Source: Candidatus Bathyarchaeota archaeon (GTDB taxonomy: Archaea > Thermoproteota > Bathyarchaeia > TCS64). From it: a DNA stretch of 10,462 bases. Both the position numbers and the translations under genes were made by a program. The notes beneath the pieces were generated by a model. It was not told the DNA's origin and ran no database searches. It was given only the letters and a program-made list of their open reading frames with translations. The stretch spans positions 1 through 10,462 of the forward strand of contig CAVYVF010000018.1 of NCBI GenBank assembly GCA_963771885.1, given 5' to 3'. Shown here one piece after another: positions 1 through 9,317 of this stretch (position 1 is the first letter of the stretch; each line of letters begins with the position of its first letter).

Positions 1-114
1 GACTTTCCAACGAAGATATCCTGAAATATTTCTAGATAATAGCTTGTTATTTCATGTGCATTTTGATGCATAGAGTTTTTTTTTATTTCATTCATAAAAT
101 CCTTTTCGGAGTAA

Positions 115-1186
115 GTGTTAAACCATCCGTTAGATAAGGATCAAATGATTAAGATGCTCTTTAGGTTTCAGGAGCAGATCGATTCCGAGACTGCTCGATG
201 TATAATATGCCCGAGGATGTGTACGCTAAAACCAGGGCAACGGGGCTTCTGTGGAACAAAAGAGAACCAGTTTGGAAAGATTGTCAACCTAACATACGGT
301 ATAATTAGCGCAATGGCGGTAGATCCCATTGAGAAAAAACCTCTTGTGCACTTCTACCCAGGAAGCCGAGCGTTCAGTATAAGTAGCGTCGGTTGCAGCT
401 TTACATGCCCATGGTGCCAGAACTGGCATGTTAGCACTGCAAAGCTTCCAACTGAAGTTTTACAGCACTGGCCACCAGAACATATGGTCGACACAGCCCA
501 TACTCAGGAATGCACAAGCATCGCGTACACATACAATGAGCCAATCATCAACCTTGATTACTTAGAGGATTGCGCTCGGCTTGCGCATAAAGAGGGCGTG
601 AAAAACGTTCTAGTAACTAATGGATATGTGAGCTTGAAAGCCTTAGACAGAGTTGTGGATGTATTAGATGCAGCGAACGTTGACTGGAAAGGTTTCACTG
701 AAGAGTTTATGTAGAAAACATTGCTCCGGGGATCTTCAAAGTGTCATTGACGCTACTGTTGAGATGCAGAGGAAAGGAGTGCATGTAGAGATAACTTTCC
801 TCATCATACCGGAAATTAATGATGACCCCGTGGAGACACGTAGGATGGCGAAGTACATCGTTGAGAATATGGGCCCTGATGTACCACTTCACTTGAGCCG
901 CTTTCATCCGGACTACAAATTCAGCCACTTGCCGCCTACACCTGTAGAAACATTGATTCGCAGCAGAAAGATAGCGTTAGAAGAAGGAATTCGATACGTC
1001 TTCGTTGGGAACGTCCACGGAGAAGCCTACAAAGATACTGTTTGCCCCGAATGCAAGAAACATGTAGTTCGACGTCAGGGATATGAGATTAGGGAGTGGC
1101 ATCTCGATAAAGAGATGAATTGCGTCAATTGCGGTTACCATCTACCGATTATTGGGCAAAGGGAGATACATTCTGATTTCAGATGA
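115..1186 (+). CDS. AmmeMemoRadiSam-system radical SAM enzyme (PFL-activating-enzyme-like); split at ~710 by a read error
   Basis: N-terminal CIICPRMC...GFCG, family motif VDPIEKKPLxHFYPG, radical SAM CxxxCxxC (CSFTCPWC)QNW, AYTYNEP, VTNGY, PLHLSRFHPDY, YVFVGNV, C-terminal CPEC..CVNCG. The mirror copy reads TTT TAT AGA AAA CAT (FYRKH) across the left-arm frameshift. Start is GTG115 or ATG145. Confidence 0.9.
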
Positions 1187-1230
1187 CCGTTAGGTTCTTA
1201 CCAAACGAGTGCTCAATCAATCACTGTTCT

Positions 1231-1235
1231 AGGAG
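1231..1235 (+). promoter_or_regulatory. Shine-Dalgarno-like RBS (AGGAG)
   Basis: AGGAG lies 8 nt upstream of ATG1244. Confidence 0.6.
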
Positions 1236-1243
1236 ATATAGAT

Positions 1244-1850
1244 ATGAGCGTTAAGAGAACAACAGTTTACTTTACTCAGGGTGGCAAGGAACACACGGAC
1301 GAAACACTTAAGATAGCACTTGAAGGCGCAAAAGAGAGAAATATTGATACTGTGCTAGTCTCGACGAGCACAGGTTTCTCTGGAGAGCGTGCGGTTGAGA
1401 TATTCAAAGGAAGCGGTTTAAAACTCATTTCGTACACACCAACCGGGTACCGGCAGCTAGGTCTACAAACGATGCCTCCTGAAAAACGAGCGATGTTACA
1501 GCAGCATGGTATCGTACTAACATGCACTGACGTCTTAACAGGTGGAGTCGATGTAGGTATGGCTCGCCAACACCCCGAGAAAACTCAACCCAACGAGCTA
1601 GTGCTTCCTTTCATCCTACCACCAACAAACGTGATAGTAGCTAACACCTTCCGCTTATTCGCACAAGGCGTTAAGGTCTGCGCCGGATAGCGATGATGGC
1701 CTGCGATAGCAACGTAATCCCACGTGAAAAGCAAGTTGTATGCGTAGCAGGTAGCAGCCAAGGAGCTGACACAGCGATGGTGGTATCTCCAGCGGAGTCA
1801 GGTAGGATGCGGGATCTTAAAATGATGGAGATCCTCTTAAGCCCCTCTAG
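1244..1850 (+). CDS. MTH1675/AF0103-like pyruvate kinase C-terminal alpha/beta domain protein, ~203 aa consensus
   Basis: YFxxGGKEHTDETL, VSTSTGFSG, VTHQTGY, ANTFRLFAQGVKVCAEIAMMACD, VAGSSQGADTA, C-terminal EILCKP. The left copy is broken near 1685 and 1838, but the mirror is in frame. Stop TAG 1848-1850. Confidence 0.82.
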
Positions 1851-1852
1851 GT

Positions 1853-2581
1853 TTACCATCGACCGGAGGCACCACCGCCTCCGCTACTGCTCCCCTCCAC
1901 CTTCCACGGCTTCGGGAGAAGATGAGAACGAAGATTATTACTACTATTAAAACAAGCCAAATCGGTGAGCCTGATCCTAATAGCCACCAGGTTACGTACA
2001 GCCAGTCCCCGCTGAGCAGTACATCGATGAAGCTCTGAGATGGTCCTGTAAAGGTGAGGGAGTATATCCTTCCACATCGAAGCCAATTTGCTCTGCGGTC
2101 GTCGCAACTGAGTTCCAGAGACCTGAGTAGTAGTCACCTTGTTTTAGAAACGGCGCTAATACATCTCGGCCTATTCTCCCCACTTTCGCATCATTTATCT
2201 CTCCCTCAAGTCCGTACCCTACTTCGATCCCCCACTCTCGATCGAGCTTGCTGACAAGAATAAGGACTCCGTTATTCTTTTCGGCCTTACCGATTCCTGT
2301 TCTACCTTCAAGGGAGACTTGATTCATATCTTCGACTTGGCGGAGTTGATATCTCCGTTGTATTCAGATAGGTCAGCGATAAGGACTATCACGATCTCAG
2401 CGGTAGTGTTCTGGTCAACATCAAGACAAAGCGATTCTATTGCCCCTTTCTCGGAATCGTTGAGTAGACCTACGTAATCGTAAACATATCTTCCTCTAAC
2501 TGTGGCTGAAACAATAGGTGAGGAGGACATTAACCAGAGGACGAAGATTAATGTGAATGTTTTTCGGGGCGTTTTATCCAC
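1853..2581 (-). CDS. TPM-domain (DUF477/YgcG-like) membrane protein with Gly-rich C-terminus; fragmented by read errors
   Basis: Signal-peptide-like N-terminus, YVYDYVGLL, TTAEIVIV, GIGKAEKNNGVLILVS..REWGIEVGYGLEG, PFLKQGDYYSG, a TM helix, and terminal GGGGGRSGGGGASGRW. Confidence 0.88.
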
Positions 2582-2592
2582 CCGATCTCAAC

Positions 2593-3155
2593 CTAGGGTG
2601 AAGGAAATTCGGCACCTGATTGTTCATTGAAGAATGCGCGTTTCTGGAAGCCTAAAGATCCGGCGAGGATGTTATCAGGGAATCTAAGGATTTTACTGTT
2701 GTATGTGGCAACTGCATCGTTGTATCGAAGTCTGGATACTGCGACTCTGTTCTCTGTACCTGCTAGCTCATCCATGAGTCCAAGCACTAGCTGGTTCGAC
2801 TTTAAATCAGGGTAATTCTCCACAGTGACGATAGCCAGAAGCCTACTTGTTACGGAATCCAATTGTTTGCTCGCTTCAGCCTGGTCTTCAACAGAGTTTT
2901 TTAGGCTCTGAGTCCAAGCGGATCGAGCAGCGGCAATATCGGTTAGTAGCTTCTGCTCGAAAGTGACGAACTTGTTTACAGCATCAGTGAGTTTGGAATC
3001 AGATCATAACGCCGTTGGTACTGAACCTGAATATCTCCCCAAGCTTGATCAACCCCTACTTGACTAGATACTAACCCATTGTATGTGGAAATAGTTACCC
3101 CACCTAAAACTACGAACAGTACAACTATACCGATGAGTATCAGTTTTCCGTTCAA
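2593..3155 (-). CDS. lemA: LemA family protein, ~187 aa consensus
   Basis: TTG start, N-terminal TM, YNGLV..VDQAWGDIQVQYQRRYDLIP, ENYPDLKSN, ELAGTENRVAVSRLRYNDAVATYN..FPDNILA. A 1-nt homopolymer deletion near 2993 is absent from the mirror copy. Confidence 0.92.
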
Positions 3156-3271
3156 CTCAAGACCTCATAATTGAGATGAAAAAGTCAGCGCGGTTATTAT
3201 CTTTTCTTAGGTATACTGAAACACATTTATTCAACTTCGTCTTGTACGATTCAATTCGGGTTGGCAACGCT

Positions 3272-3939
3272 TTGAATAAGAGAGCTTTCTGATTATTGGA
3301 GGAGTCGTTACTGTATCAATTATCTCTGGAATTATCGTATGGCAGCTCTTATTCGGTGGTGGAGACGTAACCCAATATGGTCTCGGAGGAGTATTCCTAG
3401 TTTCTCTTCTTAGCCACGCCACAATGGTAGCCAGGGACATATTTGTGCCTCTTTTCCTTGCATTATCAAGGCACTATCATCCGTTGATCCTAGGTGCGGC
3501 AGCTGGAATTGGGGGAGCTATAGGTGATCTGGTTCCTTATCTTCTAGGCCTGGGTTTAGCTGAGACAGTCAATATTGGCGTTAAGAGCAAAGCAGAGGAG
3601 ACAATTTCTAGATGGATTAACCGGTATGGATTTTGGGCCATATTACTCGTCTCTATGACTCCATTACCTGATATGCCTGTTATTATGCTTGCGGGAACCC
3701 GGAGACTGCCTTTCAAGAAGTTGCTGCTGATCGAAGCTATCGGAAAGACTATTCTGTACACTATTGCCGCCTATGTCGGTGGAACTATCTTTGAAATGCT
3801 CATCGGCGCCGTTGGGGGATTATACGCCCAGAGTATCGTAATAGTCGGAAGCATCATTTTCTGCATTGTCCTTACGTGGCCACCAAGTCGCGATGTCCTG
3901 TTTGGCCTCGCTGAAAAACTTATAATATCTAATAATTGA
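3272..3939 (+). CDS. VTT-domain / SNARE-associated (DedA superfamily) membrane protein
   Basis: Multiple hydrophobic segments, GAAAGIGGAIGDLVPYLLG, RYGFWAILLVSMTPLPD, AIGKTILY. The N-terminus is restored by the mirror copy (GCT TTT CTG versus the left-arm T deletion near 3288). Start codon TTG3272 is uncertain. Confidence 0.8.
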
Positions 3940-5214
3940 GCAACTGTTCTAAGCTCTTGGTGTTTTCAACATCCACTGCTTCAAGCCAAGCCCTGCGAGC
4001 AACACTTACTCCAAGAGGGAGGAACTCCATCTGGTCAATTGAATGAGCGTCAGTTGATATTGTTAGTTTTACGCCTGCTTCCTTAGCTTTCCTAGCGTTG
4101 ACATCGTCTAGGTCCAGCCTTTCAGGGAATGAATTAATCTCCATTGCTATATGATGTTTTGCAGCCTCTTCGAATGCTTTGTCGAGGTTTAGAGCATAGG
4201 GTTTTCTCTGTTGAATTATTCGGCCTGTAGGGTGACCTACTGTGCGTATGTAATCGTTGCTAAATGCGGTAATCAGTCTGTTTGTAATTGCGTCCTCCTC
4301 AGCTTTGAATCCGCTGTGTATGCTTCCTACAACGTAATCAAGGTCTTTGAGAGCTGAATTAGCAAGGTCAAGGTCCCCATCCGCTTTGATATCGCATTCT
4401 ATTCCTTTGAGAATAGTGGGTTTTCGAGGCTTTTGTTGATTTTCTCGATCTCTTTTCCTTGTTCTCGAAGCCGTTCTTCATCGAGACCATGAGCTATTCC
4501 AAGGCTCTTAGAATGATCGCAGATGGCGACGTATTTTAGGCCAAGTTGCTGAGCTTTCTCCGCGACCTCAGATATTGTGGATGTACCATCGCTCACTTTG
4601 TGTGAACGTGAAGGTCACCGATTATGGAGGGTAGATCAACGAGATGGGGTAGCTGTCCTTTCATAGCTGCCTCAATTTCACCGCGGTTCTCTCTTAATTC
4701 TGGTGGAATGTACTGCATTCCGAGGGTTTTATAGATATTTTCCTCAGTGTCTGAGGTTACCAGAGTTTCATCATCTCGGTGGAAAAGTCCGTACTCATTG
4801 AGTTTGTATCCTAGTTTGACACCGATTGTTCGTAGCTTGACATTGTGTTCTTTAGAACCAGTAAAGTATTGTAACGCTGCTCCGTAGGCTTCAGGAGGAA
4901 TAACTCGACAGTCAGCCTGTAAATGCCCCTTAAGGATTACGGTGCTTCGCGTAACTCCATGACTAACTACGCGCTCCACTGGAGGCATTGAGATGAATCT
5001 ATTCATTGCCTTCTCTGGCTCTAAGCTAGATACGAGTAGATCGAGGTCGCCGATGGTTTCTTTTCTGCGGCGGGCGGAGCCAGCGATCTCTACTTTTATG
5101 ACTGCGGTGCTTCCTCGCATATACTCCTCCATATCATGCACTACTGGAAGTATGGCTCCTAACAGGAAACGGGTCTGTCTATTTCGAACATCATCTATAG
5201 ACTGGAGAATGTTC
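3929..5214 (-). CDS. polX: DNA polymerase X with C-terminal PHP domain, 5'-truncated at the fragment end
   Basis: [16 protein letters not shown] (GS..R..GDxD), third Asp in [34 protein letters not shown] motifs DLHVHT-WSDG, CDHS, GIECDI, GSIH, GHPTGR, EINS, STDAH. Frameshifts near 4594, 4420 and 3960 differ between arms. Confidence 0.93.
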
Positions 5215-5267
5215 AGCAATACGTGACGGTTTTTGCCCTGTTCTTCGTTGCAGGTTTACGTATTGCT
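5215..5267. other. Internal Oxford Nanopore ligation adapter remnants at the fold-back junction (technical sequence)
   Basis: 5215-5224 AGCAATACGT is an A-tail plus the start of the adapter bottom strand (GCAATACGTAACTG...). 5230-5267 TTTTTGCCCTGTTCTTCGTTGCAGGTTTACGTATTGCT is a noisy copy of the adapter top strand (poly-T)CCTGTACTTCGTTCAGTTACGTATTGCT, ending in exact TTACGTATTGCT. Adapter sequences recalled from memory. Confidence 0.93.
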
Positions 5268-6557
5268 GAACATTCTCCAGTCTATAGATGATGTTCGAAA
5301 TAGACAGACCCGTTTCCTGTTAGGAGCCATACTTCCAGTAGTGCATGATATGGAGGAGTATATGCGAGGAAGCACCGCAGTCATAAAAGTAGAGATCGCT
5401 GGCTCCGCCCGCCGCAGAAAAGAAACCATCGGCGACCTCGATCTACTCGTATCTAGCTTAGAGCCAGAGAAGGCAATGAATAGATTCATCTCAATGCCTC
5501 CAGTGGAGCGCGTAGTTAGTCATGGAGTTACGCGAAGCACCGTAATCCTTAAGGGGCATTTACAGGCTGACTGTCGAGTTATTCCTCCTGAAGCCTACGG
5601 AGCAGCGTTACAATACTTTACTGGTTCTAAAGAACACAATGTCAAGCTACAAACGATCGGTGTCAAACTAGGATACAAACTCAATGAGTACGGACTTTTC
5701 CACCGAGATGATGAAACTCTGGTAACCTCAGACACTGAGGAAAATATCTATAAAACCCTCGGAATGCAGTACATTCCACCAGAACTCCCAGCCAACCGCG
5801 GTGAAATTGAGGCAGCTATGAAAGGACAGCTACCCCATCTCGTTGATCTACCCTCCATAATCGGTGACCTTCACGTTCACACAAAGTGGAGCGATGGTAC
5901 ATCCACAATATCTGAGGTCGCGGAGAAAGCTCAGCAACTTGGCCTAAAGTACATCAGCCATCTGCGATCATTCTAAGAGCCTTGGAATAGCTCATGGTCT
6001 CGATGAAGAACGGCTTCGAGAACAAGGAAAAGAGATCGAGAAAATCAACAAAAGCCTCGAAAACTCGACTATTCTCAAAGGAATAGAATGCGATATCAAA
6101 GCGGATGGGAGCCTTGACCTTGCTAATTCAGCTCTCAAAGACCTTGATTACGTTGTAGGAAGCATACACAGCGGATTCAAAGCTGAGGAGGACGCAATTA
6201 CAAACAGACTGATTACCGCATTTAGCAACGATTACATACGCACAGTAGGTCACCCTACAGGCCGAATAATTCAACAGAGAAAACCCTATGCTCTAAACCT
6301 CGACAAAGCATTCGAAGAGGCTGCAAAACATCATATAGCAATGGAGATTAATTCATTCCCTGAAAGGCTGGACCTAGACGATGTCAACGCTAGGAAAGCT
6401 AAGGAAGCAGGCGTAAAACTAACAATATCAACTGACGCTCATTCAATTGACCAGATGGAGTTCCTCCCTCTTGGAGTAAGTGTTGCTCGCAGGGCTTGGC
6501 TTGAAGCAGTGGATGTTGAAAACACCCAAGAGCTTAGAACAGTTGCTCAATTATTAG
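5268..6557 (+). CDS. polX: PolX-PHP, mirror copy (5'-truncated)
   Basis: Same motifs as 3929..5214, with read-error frameshifts near 5955, 6110 and 6525. Confidence 0.9.
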
Positions 6558-7220
6558 ATATTATAAGTTTTTCAGCGAGGCCAAACAGGACATCGCGACT
6601 TGGTGGCCACGTAAGGACAATGCAGAAAATGATGCTTCCGACTATTACGATACTCTGGGCGTATAATCCCCCAACGGCGCCGATGAGCATTTCAAAGATA
6701 GTTCCACCGACATAGGCGGCAATAGTGTACAGAATAGTCTTTCCGATAGCTTCGATCAGCAGCAACTTCTTGAAAGGCAGTCTCCGGGTTCCCGCAAGCA
6801 TAATAACAGGCATATCAGGTAATGGAGTCATAGAGACGAGTAATATGGCCCAAAATCCATACCGGTTAATCCATCTAGAAATTGTCTCCCTCTGCTTTGC
6901 TCTTAACGCCAATATTGACTGTCTCAGCTAAACCCAGGCCTAGAAGATAAGGAACCAGATCACCTATAGCTCCCCCAATTCCAGCTGCCGCACCTCAAGC
7001 AGTCAACGGATGATAGTGCCTTGATAATGCAGAAGAGAAGCGCAAATATGTCCCTGGCTACCATTGTGGCGTGGCTAAGAAGAGAAGACTAAGGAAGTAT
7101 TCCTCCGAGACCATATTGGGTTACGTCTCCACCACCGAATAAGAGCTGCCATACGATAATTCCAGAGATAATTGATACAGTAACGACTCCTCCAATAATC
7201 AGAAAAGCTCTCTTATTCAA
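6547..7220 (-). CDS. VTT/DedA-superfamily membrane protein, mirror copy
   Basis: Reverse complement of 3272..3939. Confidence 0.78.
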
Positions 7221-7325
7221 AGCGTTGCCAACCCGAATTGAATCGTACAAGACGAAGTTGAATAAATGTGTTTCAGTATACCTAAGAAAAGATAATAACC
7301 GCGCTGACTTTTTCATCTCAATTAT

Positions 7326-7330
7326 GAGGT
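7326..7330 (+). promoter_or_regulatory. Shine-Dalgarno-like RBS (GAGGT) for lemA
   Basis: GAGGT lies 6 nt upstream of TTG7337. An in-frame TGA at 7325 rules out an earlier start. Confidence 0.6.
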
Positions 7331-7336
7331 CTTGAG

Positions 7337-7902
7337 TTGAACGGAAAACTGATACTCATCGGTATAGTTGTACTGTTCGTAGTTTTAGGTGGGGTAACTA
7401 TCTCCACATACAATGGGTTAGTATCTAGTCAAGTAGGGGTTGATCAAGCTTGGGGAGATATTCAGGTTTAGTACCAACGGCGTTATGATCTGATTCCAAA
7501 ACTCACTGATGCTGTAAACAAGTTCGTCACTTTCGAGCAGAAGCTACTAACCGATATTGCCGCTGCTCGATCCGCTTGGACTCAGAGCCTAAAAAACTCT
7601 GTTGAAGACCAGGCTGAAGCGAGCAAACAATTCAATTGCGTAACAAGTAGGCTTCTGGCTAGCGTTCACTGTGGAGAATTACCCTGATTTAAAGTCGAAC
7701 CAGCTAGTGCTTGGACTCATGGATGAGCTAGCAGGTACAGAGAACAGAGTCGCAGTATCCAGACTTCGATACAACGATGCAGTTGCCACATACAACAGTA
7801 AAATCCTTAGATTCCCTGATAACATCCTCGCCGGATCTTTTAGGCTTCCAGAAACGCGCATTCTTCAATGAACAATCAGGTGCCGAATTTCCTTCACCCT
7901 AG
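7337..7902 (+). CDS. lemA: LemA family protein, mirror copy
   Basis: Reverse complement of 2593..3155. The TAG at 7469-7471 is CAG in the other arm. Confidence 0.9.
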
Positions 7903-7913
7903 GTTGAGATCGG

Positions 7914-8646
7914 GTGGATAAAACGCCCCGAAAAACATTCACATTAATCTTCGTCCTCTGGTTAATGTCCTCCTCACCTATTGTTTCAGCCACAGTTAGA
8001 GGAAGATATGTTTACGATTACGTAGGTCTACTCAACGATTCCGAGAAAGGGGCAATAGAATCGCTTTGTCTTGATGTTGACCAGAACACTACCGCTGAGA
8101 TCGTGATAGTCCTTATCGCTGACCTATCTGAATACAACGGAGATATCAACTCCGCCAAGTTGAAGATATTCAATCAAGTCTCCCTTGAAGGTAGAACAGG
8201 AATCGGTAAGGCCGAAAAGAATAACGGAGTCCTTATTCTTGTCAGCAAGCTCAATCGAGAGTGGGGATCGAAGTAGGGTACGGACTTGAGGGAGAGATAA
8301 ATGATGCCGAAAGTGGGGAGAATAGGCCGAGATGTATTAGCGCCGTTTCTAAAACAAGGTGACTACTACTCAGGTCTCTGGAACTCAGCTGCGACGACCG
8401 CAGAGCAAATTGGCTTCGATGTCGAAGGTTATGCTCCTTCAGCTTTTACAGGACCAACCTCAGAGCTTCATCGATGTACTGCTCAGCGGGGACTGGCTGT
8501 ACGTAACCTGGTGGCTATTCGGATCAGGCTCACCGATTTGGCTTGTTTTAATAGTAGTAATAATCTTCGTTCTCATCTTCTCCCGAAGCCGTGGAGGTGG
8601 AGGGGGAGGACGTAGCGGAGGCGGTGGTGCCTCCGGTCGATGGTAA
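7914..8646 (+). CDS. TPM-domain protein, mirror copy
   Basis: Reverse complement of 1853..2581. It has a G-homopolymer deletion near 8265 relative to the left arm. Confidence 0.86.
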
Positions 8647-8648
8647 AC

Positions 8649-9260
8649 CTCGAGGGGCTTACAAAGGATCTCCATCATTTTAAGATCCCGCATCCTACCT
8701 GACTCCGCTGGAGATACCACCATCGCTGTGTCAGCTCCTTGGCTGCTACCTGCTACGCATACAACTTGCTTTTCACGTGGGATTACGTTGCTATCGCAGG
8801 CCATCATCGCTATCTCGGCGCAGACCTTAACGCCTTGTGCGAATAAGCGGAAGGTGTTAGCTACTATCACGTTTGTTGGTGGTAGGATGAAAGGAAGCAC
8901 TAGCTCGTTGGGTTGAGTTTTCTCGGGGCGTTGGCGAGCCATACCTACATCGACTCCACCTGTTAAGACGTCAGTGCATGTTAGTACGATACCATGCTGC
9001 TGTAACATCGCTCCATTTTCAGGAGGCATCGTTTGTAGACCTGGCTGCCGGTACCCGGTCTGGTGTGTAACGAAAACGAGTTTTAAACCGCTTCCTTTGA
9101 ATATCTCAACCGCACGCTCTCCAGAGAAACCTGTGCTCGTCGAGACTAGCACAGTATCAATATTTCTCTCTTTTGCGCCTTCAAGTGCTATCTTAAGTGT
9201 TTCGTCCGTGTGTTCCTTGCCACCCTGAGTAAAGTAAACTGTTGTTCTCTTAACGCTCAT
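8649..9260 (-). CDS. MTH1675-like PK_C domain protein, mirror copy (in frame; stop read as GAG)
   Basis: Continuous ORF MSVKRTT...EILCKPL. The left arm has TAG where this arm has GAG (8649-8651). Confidence 0.82.
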
Positions 9261-9317
9261 ATCTATATCTCCTAGAACAGTGATTGATTGAGCACTCGTT
9301 TGGTAAGAACCTAACGG

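Larger units (their letters stand above)
38..5214. repeat. Left arm of window-scale inverted repeat (first read of the fragment)
   Basis: 38.. 'aatagcttgttatttcatgtgc' is the reverse complement of the window end, and ..5214 'ggagaatgttc' is the reverse complement of 5268.. 'gaacattctcc'. All genes recur in mirror order. Confidence 0.99.

Noticed and set aside
1..71. Possible start of a divergent minus-strand gene (MHQNAHEITSYYLEIFQDIFVGK...) including the unpaired 1-37 bases
   Set aside because: Only 23 codons at the window edge with no recognisable motif, so it cannot be supported.
76..100. T-rich tract as archaeal TATA box or terminator upstream of the radical SAM gene
   Set aside because: Plausible, but no clear BRE-TATA arrangement could be assigned.
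668..714. Programmed frameshift or split radical SAM gene
   Set aside because: The mirror arm is in frame at this position.
5215..5267. Covalently closed hairpin telomere or protelomerase site of a linear replicon
   Set aside because: The centre is not a perfect palindrome, matches a sequencing adapter and truncates polX. No telomere resolvase or mobile-element gene is present.
707..5489. Short antisense or alternative-frame ORFs (707..928, 1276..1527, 1671..1859, 2054..2254, 2627..2815, 3231..3440, 3537..3761, 4993..5226, 5256..5489 and mirrors)
   Set aside because: They are shadows of recognisable genes with no motifs of their own.
7469..7471. In-frame amber codon in lemA (pyrrolysine or recoding)
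   Set aside because: The other arm has CAG (Gln), matching the LemA VQYQRR motif.
8592..8640. GGN-rich low-complexity repeat
   Set aside because: It is the coding sequence of the normal Gly-rich tail of TPM-family proteins.
8460..8648. Poly-proline C-terminal extension of the 266-aa ORF (possible readthrough or overlapping gene)
   Set aside because: It results from GAG in place of the TAG seen in the other arm (1848-1850). The tail is simply antisense of the TPM gene's Gly-rich end.
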